Shown: positions 27,200 to 38,451 of the stretch, piece by piece
Layout of the letters: every line of letters begins with the position of its first letter
How positions within the stretch are numbered: position 1 is the first letter of the stretch
Origin: Lama glama
Lineage: Eukaryota
Direction of reading: 5' to 3'
Assembly: GCA_028534125.1 (NCBI GenBank)
Contig: CM052816.1
Location: 24,864,001 to 24,928,000, forward strand
Length of the DNA stretch: 64,000 bases
Notes under the pieces: model-generated
Told to the model about the DNA's origin: nothing
The model's input: only the letters and a program-made list of their open reading frames with translations
The model's database searches: none
Program-made: the position numbers and the translations under genes

Positions 27200-28249
27200 T
27201 AAATAATGAGGAAGAGAGAGAGGCAGATTCTCAGAACGATGTCCTCATGTAGGGGAGCAGAGAAGTAGGATGGAATCTGGAGGACAATGTGCAGTTGAGA
27301 GATTTTAGAACGAATGTATGCTGATAGTAATGATGTAGTGGAGTGAAGAAAAATCATGACAGAGGAGAGAAGACAGTGAAGGAGCAATGTGCAATGTCCT
27401 GGAGTAGCCAGAGGGCTTGGGATGATCTGGTGCACAGAGAGACTGGCTTCAATTTGGCAGAGCGTCTATCTGTAGTGACAGGAGGGAAGGCTGAAGGTGT
27501 GGGGGCAGTCATGTGTTCATGGAAGGTGGGGTTGCAGAGGCTGTGAAAGTTACCTTTTGATTTTTTTCCTTTCCTCGGTGAAATGGGCAGAAGCTGAGGA
27601 TAAGCATGAAGGTGAAGGTGCTGAAATTTGGAGAACAGAAGGTCAACCAGGAGACAGTAGTCTAGAAGCATGAAAGGAAGAACAGACCAGAGAAGAAGAA
27701 CAGGACTGTAGTTAGTAGTCATGATTATAAAATGAGTCCAGTCAATGTGGTTTTGCTTTTCTTTATATATTCAGCTCGCAGGGGCGAGAGCAGCATATGT
27801 GAATAGTTGAATTTAACTAGGTTTGGGATTTTTCCAGGGCTGTTTGATGAAGTAGTTGGAGAGGTGGCACTCAGGAATGATTACATTGATTGAACATAGA
27901 ATGTAAGCTGGGTTATAGAGAGATGTGAGGACATGAAGGTGGTGAGGGAAAACTAAAAAAAAAAAAATATTTGGATCAATGTCCCTGCGGGGTAAGAATT
28001 AGAGTCAAGAGGGAGTGAGCTGGACCCCTAAAAGGAGCAGTTGGTCAGAGATGGGGAACTTAAAACATCATTCTAGATGAAGGACATTCTTAGAAGAAAA
28101 ACTTGATTTGTAAGCACAGCTGTTAATCATACAACTACTTCTTGCCTCGTGATATCACATTTCCATCTTTATGCCTCTCCTTACTTGTTAAAATAAGCAT
28201 CCTAGATGAAATCTTGAGATTTAGTTTCTCTTTCCACATCCCCCACATA

Positions 28250-28420
28250 ATTATGACAGCTAGAACATTTATATTGGGCTTAAGGTTAAAAAGTTTTTTT
28301 ACATACAGTTTTTCATTTTGTTCTCATGAAAATGCTGTGCATCCACACTTTACAAAAAAAAAAGGAAATTAAGTCTTAGAGAAGCATAGAAACTTTGCAA
28401 AGGTTGGAGGGTTATTTATT
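28250..28420 (-). mobile_element. MIR fragment
   Basis: 'atgacagctagaacatttatattgggctta...ccacactttaca...ggaaattaagtcttagagaag'. Confidence 0.5.
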
Positions 28421-28659
28421 CCAGCTCCAAATGCAAAGTTGATCCCACAAATAATTTGGTCACAGAATACATAATACACACATACACACACCACAACCTC
28501 ACCTCCTCAAACAGATGCATGCATGCACACAGACACACAAAACCTCTTCTCTGCCAACATTTCAGAATAGAAAATAAGAAAATTTCAGCCTTTCTTTGCC
28601 ACCAATTTTAGCATTTAGTAACATTTCTCATATCTCTCTGGGTCCATTCATCTAAAACC

Positions 28660-29212
28660 CTCTCCCCTTCCTTGAGCAATCCATTCTTCACACTGCAGCC
28701 AGAATTATCTTTAAAACAAGCAAAGTGATCATTTAATGTGCCCATTTCAAATCTTTCAGCAGCTCCCTTGTATTTTTAGGGTTAAGTAAAATTCCGTAAT
28801 TTGCCCTGTCATATGCTGTATGGTTTGATCTTAAACCACCTTTCACTTACCCAGTATTGTCTCCCCAGCCTCTAGCCCAGTACCTGGAACCTGATAGTAA
28901 CAGCTAACACTTAGACAGCACACAGGCCAGTCTTTGTCCTAGGTGCTGTATACCTGTAAGTGCATTGTAATCTACTGTTATTGTTCTCTCTCTCTCTCTA
29001 TCATCATTTAATCCTCATATCAACCCACTGTCATCCTTCACACACTAAGGAACTAGCATACAGGATAATCAAGCAACTTGTTTGAAGTTTCATACCTCTC
29101 ATGTGTCAGAGATAGGAGTTAAACCCACACAGACTGGGTCCAGTGCTGTGTCCTTTACCAGTACACATGGTGCCACTGACATAATACATTAATAAGTTAA
29201 CAGATGAATGAA
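28660..29212 (+). mobile_element. L2 3' fragment split by a MIR insertion
   Basis: 'ccattcttcacactgcagccagaattatcttt', then 'ctagcccagtacctggaac' [MIR] 'aataagttaacagatgaatgaa' tail. Confidence 0.6.
28894..29176 (-). mobile_element. MIR SINE nested in L2 tail
   Basis: 'atagtaacagctaacacttag..gccag..gtcctaggtgct..tcatttaatcctca..caacc..aagcaacttgtttgaag..ggagttaaaccca..agactgg.tccagtgc'. Confidence 0.7.
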
Positions 29213-30266
29213 AATATTGTCCTCTGTGTGTCCATTCTACACAGATTATGCTGCAATTTTTCTTCTATTTTTCAGTGAGAAACACCTCATCCCTAGCTGC
29301 TCAAACTCATATTAAAGATGTTTACTAAAAGACACTTTACATTGTCTGCAAACTGGAAAACCTCCTCTTCTGAACACTTTTTTTCTGATAATAGAAACAA
29401 GAATTCATAGTCTTTCACTGTTGTAAAAGAAAAACACACAAGCTCTTAGCCTTCTATTTGTAATACAGAGGGATAAATCAAGGTTAAAAAATAAACAAAA
29501 TTATGGGCAAAATTACTTCACATCATTAAGATTGTAAACTAAAAGTAAATTAACCAGAAACATGAAAGTGTGAAATTCAGTAGAAATCACCACTTTCCTC
29601 CATACTCAATCACTAACAAACCATTAAAAGAGTTTATTCCTTTTCAAAGAGTTGATAGTTTTAGTGTGAAAAGAGAGAATTTGAGACATTTTGAGTCTCA
29701 AGGGGCCATAAAGGTCCTGTTCTACAATGACTCATTCTCTGTAGGATTTCCTTCTACTGCAGCAGAAGGCCACCTCTGCTTGTACATCCTTTGTCATAAG
29801 TTGCTAACTATTTTGAACAATTGCTTTTATTCCACTCTTACAGTTAGGAATAGCTTTATTACTATCTTCCTATTTCTGCCTCCTGGAATTCTCAGACATT
29901 GGTCTCACTTTTGCTCTTTTGAGTCACATGGACCATCAATCTACCTGCTCCACCACCGTGCAAATGGCAGCTCCTGATATAATTGAGGGTCAGTGTGCTT
30001 GTCCTAAACTCCCAACCATCTGAATAAGATGTTGAGTCTAGGTATCTTTCCATTCTGGTTTAAAAATATTTTCCTCATGGTTCTCCTTATATTGTAACAT
30101 CTAGTACAGAATACATGTTCAGAAAGAAATCTGAGCTTCTTTTGGGTACTGTACTTGCACTAAAAAAGGTGTTAAATCTAATTTGGTCTTTGTTTAATGT
30201 TTGTTTTTTTTCAGCTATGTTAGTCTGTATTGAGTTTATAGTCAACTAAAATTCCAACACAGCTTT

Positions 30267-30817
30267 TTTTTTAATTAAAATATAATCAGTTTACAATATT
30301 ATGTCAGTTTCTGGTGTACAGTATAATGTTTCAGTCATACAAACACATATATATATTCATTTTCATACTTCTTTTCATTACAGGCTATAAGATATTGAGT
30401 ATAGTTCCCTGTGCCATACAGAAGAAATTTGTTGTTTATCTATTTTATATACAGTAGTTAGTATCTACAAATCTCAAACTCCTAATTTATCCCTTCCAAC
30501 CCCCTTTCCCCCTGGTAACCATAAGTTTACTATGTCTATATATTTGTTTCTGTTTCGTAAATAAGTTCTTTTGTGTCATATTTTAGATTCCACATATGAG
30601 TGATATCATATGGTATTTTTCTTTCTCTTTCTGGCTTACTCCACTTAGAATGATGATCTCCAGGTCCATCCATGTTGCTGCAAATGGCATTATTTTATTC
30701 TTTTTGTGGCTGAGTAGTATTTCATTGTATAAATTTACCATAGCTTCTTTACCTAGTCATCTGTCAATGGACATTTAGGTTGTTTCCATGTCTTGGCTAT
30801 TGTAAATAATGCTGCTA
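30267..30817 (-). mobile_element. Young 5'-truncated L1 (cetartiodactyl/camelid-type), ORF2 end plus 3'UTR
   Basis: T-tail at 30264-30272 and L1 text 'caggtccatccatgttgctgcaaatggcattatttt'. Probable 13-bp TSD ccaacacagcttt (30254-30266) / ccaaaatagcttt (30818-30830). Confidence 0.92.
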
Positions 30818-31765
30818 CCAAAATAGCTTTAAATCTGTTTCTGAAGGATGATCAAATTTTGAAATATAGTGCCTCTACTACCTTTCTGCTCTAGGACTTT
30901 CACTTTGATTTTCCTTGTTGAATCAAAGGGTTATTGAGAATACTTTGTTTTAGACATTAGTATTTTAGCTATCTCTCTATCATTGATTTATAACTTTATT
31001 ACTTTATAGATAAAGGCTGTATAATATTGATTCTTAGGAATTTATTGAGACTGTGGCCTTCTACAAGGTTACATTTTCAATATTTTCTAATTTTGCCTGA
31101 AGCAAAGGCATAGTCTCTGTTGATGTAAAGTTTATTACTTAGAGCTTATTTTTTTTAATTTGTAAGAAATTATTTGCTTTTTTTGCTCTGTTTGATTTAT
31201 TGGCAATTATTAGTTAATAATCTACAACTAGAATTGTTGATTTATCCATTTTCCCTTATAGTTCTGTGAGCTTCATTCTTGGGGGAAGAAAAGACCAGTG
31301 GACTGGTACTACAATTCTTTGAACTGATTTTTTTTTTTTTGCCTTAGAATAGGTAAATGAGTATTTTATAGTTTGAGGGTCTAGAACCCAACTCTATGAG
31401 TCATTCAGTGCTGCTATATACGTTACACTCAGCTGTTAAAAGAAGCAACCAAGAGAGAAATATTAGATCTTTTACACAGCAGGAAGAGAGAGCAGCTAAG
31501 GCCAATGATAAAATAATTCTCAATACATAAGAAAGGAGAGGAACAAACAAATAATGCTGTGGGGTTTGGGGGAGGTAGGGAATGGAAACTCACTTGGATA
31601 TAATGCCTTAAAGTAAGACATTTCTGAGTGGTAGAAGCTGGCTGTTGGTTGTTTCCTGAAAGTGTCAGCAGAGATCAGAGAAAGGAGAATAAAGACACAA
31701 CTCTGAGGGGAAGTGCTTCATTGGCATAGTGCAAGAGAATGAATTATCACATCAAGAATGACCAC

Positions 31766-32505
31766 TGGAGAAAAAGGAAACTTCCTACACACTTGATGGG
31801 AATGTAAATTGGTGCAGCCACTATGAAGGACAATATGGAGGGTCCTTAAAAAACTAAAAATAGACTTACTGTATAATCCAGCAATCCCACTCCTGGGCAT
31901 TCATCCATAGAAAGCTATAATTCAAAAAGACACCTGCACCCCAATGTTCATAGAAGCACTATTTACAATAGCCAAGACATGGAAACAACCTAAATGTCCA
32001 TCAACAGATGACTGGATAAAGAAGATGTGGTATACATACAATGGAATATTACTCAGCCATGAAAAAGAATGAAATAATGCCATTTGCAGCAACTTGGATT
32101 GACCTAGAGATTATCATATTAAGTGAAATAAATCAGACAGAGAAAGACAAATATCATATAATGTCACTTATATATGGAATCTAAACAAATATATAAAAAT
32201 TTTACTTAAATACCAGAAATAGACTCACAGGCATAGAAAACAAACTGGTTACCAGGGGGTTAGTGCAGGGGAGGAATAGATTAGGAGTTTGGGATTAATA
32301 GATACACATTACTATATATAAACAACAAGGACCTACTGTATAGCACAGGGGATTATATTCAATTTCCTGTAATAAGCTGCAGTAGAAAAGATATATATGT
32401 ATAAATATGTATGTATATATATAACTGAATTGATTTGCTGTACATATGAAACTAACATCGACTACACTTCAACAAAAAGTAAGAATTAAATTAAAAAAAA
32501 AAAAA
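31766..32505 (+). mobile_element. Young 5'-truncated L1 with poly(A) tail
   Basis: ORF2 C-terminal text 'tgggaatgtaaattggtgcagccactatg...ccagcaatcccactcctgggcat...ggaaacaacctaaatgtccatcaacagatg'. A-tail at 32493-32507. TSD aagaatgaccac (31754-31765) / aagaatggccac (32506-32517). Confidence 0.95.
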
Positions 32506-33559
32506 AAGAATGGCCACCATGCTCTAAGGCTCAAGGTGGTCTGCCATTTTCCTGGGATTAAGTAAAGCAAGGGAGCGTGGAGCCAGTATGGCTGCTAATG
32601 CCCTTCTTGCCAACAGTGGCAAATAAAGTGTTGGGGCCCAGGTTAGATGTGATTTCAGAAAATGAATAAACAGAATTTTTTGGCATCTTGTGTCTCACTG
32701 AGCACTTTGTCCGTATTATCAACATATCTGAATGCATTATTTAATTTCATTTTAATCTCTTTTTCTTTACAAAGGTGTGGGCACCTTGACAATAGGCATT
32801 GAATGTTAATCACCTTTAAAACTTCAGCATCTCACATCATGCTGCATACAGAGCAGGTTACCAACAGCTATGTGCTGATTAAACAAATGAAGTAAATATT
32901 AGAAATTCAGAGAGATTGATAGCACTGTCTACCATAGATCTTACCAGAGTAATTAGGTAAGTGTGTAACTTTCAGACCCACTTTTCACAGGACTGAAGAT
33001 CTCTATGCTTCCAACTCATTATGATTTAGTTCTTCCTAAGTGATGAAATAATGCCCACTTAATTGTAATGACAGTTTTCTTTAGTTTGTCTGACACCAAG
33101 GTTACTGTCAACGTAGAGAAAATGGCATGGCCTTATTAAGAACATTAACACCATAAACAGTATGTAGGGGAGGACTACATTCCTTTATTGAAGCACCGGC
33201 ATCATATGTATAAGGAATACTTGTTAAGTGCCCACATTTGTCTCCATGTAAGTTTAAAGACTATAATCCCTGACCCATGAAAAAGGTAGTTTTCCCTCTT
33301 TGATTTAATATTTCATCTCCTAACATTACTTCTAAATATGGCAGGGTTTTTAGTTCATGTTCTTCATGTGCGTAGGTCATCAACATTTTATTACCGAAGG
33401 TGACATGAAAGGTGCGTATTGTCCATTATTCATGTAACCTATGTTATCATCCCTGGGTAGCAATTACATATCAGTATGCTAAATGCTTTTTAAGAATTGA
33501 AGCGATGTTGGTAGGATGAAATTGTTTAAGTAGAAAACAAAACAAAACAGCAACAACTG

Positions 33560-33755
33560 GGCTGCTTTAGAGATGTGGAATTCAAAATCAGTTGAGCAGG
33601 ATATGGGAACTAACTGGTGGTACTTCTTGCTAACTGGTTGACTATGGAAAAATTGTCTGTTTCTTCATTTTTGACATGGACATGATACCTGAACTTATCT
33701 TACTTGGTAGTTATCAGGTTAAAATGAAATAATGTATGTGAAAGCACTTACTATT
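33560..33755 (+). mobile_element. MIR/MIR3 fragment
   Basis: 'ttgctaactggttgactatggaaaaatt...gttaaaatgaaataatgtatgtgaaagcactta'. Confidence 0.5.
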
Positions 33756-33819
33756 ACTATTTTAAAAATCTTTCTGGCCCTCTTTCTCCATTATTGGAAG
33801 TACATTGATTTAACTAATT

Positions 33820-33822
<3 letters not shown>

Positions 33823-33863
<41 letters not shown>
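33823..33863 (+). repeat. (TG)n microsatellite
   Basis: About 20 TG units, read directly. Confidence 0.97.
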
Positions 33864-33864
<1 letters not shown>

Positions 33865-36800
33865 TAGAGGGGTGGTAAGTAAAGGTATGGTCCATTCTAC
33901 AATATATCTTTCTTATTCTTTTCAGAGATTGGTTAGGCGCAGTGTAAGATAGCAACACAATAGCAATTTTATAGCACTGTTTAAGCTTTTACATTTACAT
34001 ACTGCCTGAAGGACCTCACACCAGAGCCAAACAAGTAAGTTGCTTTCAATTAAGGATATTGGCTCAGTGCTTGGTGTTTACACACAATTATTTATGTATG
34101 AGTTGGGGGTTCCTACTTTCAAAATGGGTATTAGAAATAAGCTGCTTGATTTTACATCAGATTTAGCCCTCTAAACTTCACGCCTAATAAAAATACCGTG
34201 CCTATTATATGACAGCATTGTAGATGATTTTTTTAGTTAATTTTCTATTACTCATAATGTATGGATATTCCTAATGATTTCATTAGAGTTTAAATAACAG
34301 AATTCAGCACAAATGTATTTTTACTGAGCAGAAGAAACATAATTTCTCTGAAACTGCAGCTGCTGTAGTTGAAGATGAGGCTCTTACTATCCCTTAGGGA
34401 GATTACTGTCTCTGCCAGCTGACTTAGTTTTTATACAGCCAGCGATTTATTAGATTGCTTTGCTCTTAAGTGTGATAATAGGCCTTATGCTTAGCAAGGT
34501 TTAGAGACTTCCAGTGCATTAATATTTTATGGCAATGACAGGCAAGACACATTTTGTTTACCTAACAAGACAAGCCAAGCCAGAGCTGATGTGTATTGGA
34601 GATTAGCACTTTCAACTCAGAGGAACCCTGTCAATTATATATTTAGGGCTTTGCAATGGCTCTTAACAATTGTAATCTAATCAGTCCCTTACTTGGTACA
34701 TTGTTATTATGTGCAAAGAAATCATCACAGCTTTATAGTCTGGCCTTAACAGGAAATAACCTCACTTAACTGACTAATGTTAACCATGTAATGACAATGA
34801 ATTTTCTGGTGACTTCTTTTCTTCCGATAACAGATTTTATTTCACTTGGAAATCACTCAGCCATGAGCCAAAGCTTCAGTAGATGCACATATATCCAATT
34901 TTATTCGGATGGTCCACTCAATTGATTTGAATCACTTACTAAGGAGAGAGATTATGGTACCCTTGATTTCTGAAATTTTATTGTCATTATTGCCTTCTTA
35001 TTTTACAAGCTATTTAAAATAAAGTAATTTCTGGTCCTCCTGTGGAGCAGAAGTACAAATAAAACATCACAAGATGAAACTGACTGGGCGAGTTACTACA
35101 GTACCATTTTTATTTTGTCTTTCTTCTTTATAAAGCAGAGTTCACAGTTGCATCATTTTCCTTACTGGGAAAAAATCATAAGTCTCAATGAACAGTAAAT
35201 GTTGGAATATTGATTCTCTCTATTTTCAAATTCTCTTAGTATACCTAGCTCATCTGTATGTTTTGAACATAAAATTATATATGCAACATTTCTTCAGTGT
35301 TCTTAAGGGACTGGGACTGTTCCAATCAAATTATTAGGTGCTTTTTATTTGTAATATTAAGCTTCATTTTATATACATGTGAGGTTTATATATAAAGAAA
35401 TTAAAGTTTTATTTATTAATTAATAAACCTTCAGTTTAGATCCAAGATATTATAACTATAATTTAAATATACAGTGGAATTTGAAATTTCTCAATTTGTG
35501 GACATCACATTAAGAGTGTAACCCGAGGCATCAACAGCTCTGAGAAGACAGGGACACTTAGAAAGGGACTGGAAAGCTTCTATCAAATTAGTTAGCCCAT
35601 ACTTTGGGGGAAAGAGAGGGAGGGGAGGGACAGACATAGGTTTGGAGTATGGGGATTGGACAGTTGAAAGGGAAAGAAGCCTGAATATGTGAAAAGTGAG
35701 TCAGTATGCGTTCAAAATTGGAAAATATGAAGTACATGTAGATTTAGAAGAATCGCTAATACCTACTGGGTTCCAATGAGTCATAAACACAGACCACATC
35801 GTGCCCTACAGGGTTCCTATGTGTGTTCATTACTCTTAATGCAGTTCTGTGCAAGCCCCAGAGGAACAAAGCCAACTCCCAAATCTTGGGGTTAGTGTAA
35901 TCATTCTGAGGCTGGCACTCTGCCCATGCTTGACTAAGTCTGCTGATGTTTCTGACAGAGGAGAAAAAAAAGGAAAACATTTGGTTTGAGTTTACAGATT
36001 GCTTTCTTTTTAAAAATTGGGGGAGGGTGGAGTGGTTGAGGTGGGTGGAAATGAATGTTGTCACTGGGCTAAAGTTTTGAAAATTACAAATACACAATAA
36101 AATGAAATTAATCCTTCGTGCAAATCATCCGGAGTTTTGCCGTTTTTTGGGGATGGAGACTTGATGTGAAACCATTGACAATGCCATAGAACCCTCAGTC
36201 ACTAGGGTGTTAAAGCTGAGACTTCTCTTTCAGAGCCTTTCTTCTTTCCTGCAATTGCCCAGAGAGTGTTTATTTGAATGCTAGTTAATTAAATTTTAGT
36301 AAGGACCAAGGCAATCAGATTTATCTCAGTCTCTTCATCTTCTGTTCCTAATTTAGCTTTTAAGGAGTGCTTTCTGATTGCAAACCCCATGAAAGAAAAA
36401 TCAGAGGGCTATGAGGGGAAGGCATAGAGATTATGTTAAGCTTCATCAACCAGGAAATAAAGTGAAAGTAAATTTTCAATGTGCTGGAAGGGAGTAGAGA
36501 CACATAAGCATACACTTTGTATTCGAGCATGATCGTTTAACTTAGTTCTCTACTTTGTTGAGGTATTCAAGTCATTTTTTCCTCTGCCTCCCTCCCCTTC
36601 CCAGAGCAACACGGTTCTCAAACTTGAGAGTAGCTCAAAATACAACACTGTTGGGAAAATGCTGATTCTGGCTTTCTTCAGGGAATTTAGAGGCCCAGTG
36701 ACTTGGAGCAAATCACATGGCTGGTGATTGGCTTTGTCTCTGTTTTTATAAGTGATTAAAAAGAAAACCACTTCAGTAATCCTCAGACCTCTGCTCTCTT

Positions 36801-37384
36801 CTGGGATTTCTTCCAACCAAGCCTGCTCAGTGGAACCCCTGAGGGGAGGAAAGCACACAAGCTCTGGGCCAAAAAATTAGAAAAAGCAACAAAGATGCTG
36901 GAACCAAAAAGTTCAATGTGGGCCAGAATTCAAGTTCATATTAACCTTTTTTTTCCTGGTTTGAGCCTCACAGTCAGTACTTCCATTTGTTTTTCAGATC
37001 ACATTCTCTTAGCTTTCAGGGACTTCACAAAACCTTGGGTGATGGTTTTATATGTTTCTGCTTTGAACATGTGGACAGTTTGGCCCTGAGTTGTCTCTTG
37101 ATGACAGTGAGATCATTTAAGTTGCATAAGAGTTTCAGGAGCCGTCATGTTGAGTTCTTGGGGGAGCGGACGCTGCTCTACCCTGGGTAAATGCTCTGAA
37201 GTGAAGGAATTTCAGAAAAGATTTCCCAAAGGGATGAGTTTCTGAGTCCTCAAACAAGCAAGAAATAAAACCTACATTCATTTAATATTCTTTATATTGA
37301 CTTCATATTATTTTTTATTGAAATACCCATATATGCTTTTGAAAAAATCTATATCAGTTGTTTGGCCAGTGGGGAAGGCAATAT

Positions 37385-37590
37385 GTTCCAGGATCTGAAG
37401 TCTGATTGCTGAGGCTGGAATCCTAATTCCTCCACCTATTTGCTCTAAGATCTTAGATGAACCACTGAGCTTTCTCTCCCCTCTTTCCTCTCTTATAAAA
37501 TGGAGATAATAATAAGAAATATACCCTCTGGGGTTGCTTGGAGTAGTAACGGAATAATATATGTCAAATATTTTAAACAGTACTTAATAA
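37385..37590 (+). mobile_element. MIR SINE
   Basis: 'ggaatcctaattcctccacctatttgctc..atcttag..ttcctctcttataaaatggagataataata..ataatatatgtcaaa'. Confidence 0.7.
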
Positions 37591-37828
37591 AAATGACTAT
37601 ATTATCTTTTAAACAGGAAATTTGTTTTGTGATTTTCTTATTCCTATATTATTAAGCTTTTTGGAAAAGACTCAGTAAAGGATGGTAGTCATGGTATGTA
37701 GTGATTTATAGTCATTTTCTCTAACTCCTTTTTCATCTTACAGGGAGATGATTAAAATTACTGAGTTCTCTTTTTTTATAAAATGGTATTGGGAGAATAT
37801 TTCTTTTAGGATATTGTAGTGTGTTTTT

Positions 37829-38451
37829 TTAATACATGAATATACATATATTCATTTTCATTCTTTTCACCATAGGTTGCTATGAGATATCAAATATAGT
37901 TTCTTGTGCTATACAGTGTGAACTTGCTGTTTATCTATTTTATATATATTAGTTAGTATCTGCAAACCTCGAACTCCCAGTTTATTGCTTCCCATCCCTT
38001 TCCCCCACATGGTAAGTGTAAATTTGTTTTCTATGTCTATGAGTCTGTTTCTGTTTTTATATATAAGTTCATTTGTCTTTTTTTTTTTTTTTAAGATTCC
38101 ACATATAAGTGATATCACATGGTATTCTTCTTTCTCCTTCTGGCTAACTTCACTTAGAATGACATTCTCCAGGTCCATCCATGTTGCTACAAATGGCATT
38201 ATTTTATTATATTTTATGACTTAGTAGTATTTCATTGTATGAATATACCACAACTTCTTTATCCAGTCATCTGTCAATGGATATTTAGGTTGTTTCCATG
38301 TCATGGTTGTTGTAAATAGTGCTGCTGTGAACACTGGGGTGCATGCATCTTTTTGAATTAAAGTTCCCTCTGGATAAATGCCCAGGAGTGGGATTGCTGG
38401 ATCATATGCTAGGTCTATTTTTAATCTTCTGAGGAATCTTCATACTGTGTA
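37829..38451 (-). mobile_element. Young 5'-truncated L1 (same family as 30267 and 31766)
   Basis: ORF track 37909-38199(-) MPFVATWMDLENVILSEVSQKEKE is the L1 3' region. Perfect 14-bp TSD tgtagtgtgttttt at 37815-37828 and 38452-38465. Confidence 0.95.

Larger units (their letters stand above)
26405..28070 (-). mobile_element. LINE-2 (L2a/b) 3' portion, degenerate
   Basis: Canonical tail 'ttattcattcattcaaata..cattgaatacctatg..tgtcaaacactgtt..taggctctggagat..gtcctgtccttgtggaacttacattctaatgg'. Followed by ~1.6 kb of purine-rich L2 antisense text. Confidence 0.8.

Noticed and set aside
26941..27722. 164-aa and 122-aa minus-strand ORFs
   Set aside because: They lie within degenerate L2 and microsatellite sequence, with low-complexity L/S/H composition and no intact RT domain.
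37909..38224. ORFs MPFVATWMDLENVILSEV and the antisense equivalent (also 30596-30778, 31718-31900)
   Set aside because: These are translations of L1 3' sequence, not host genes.
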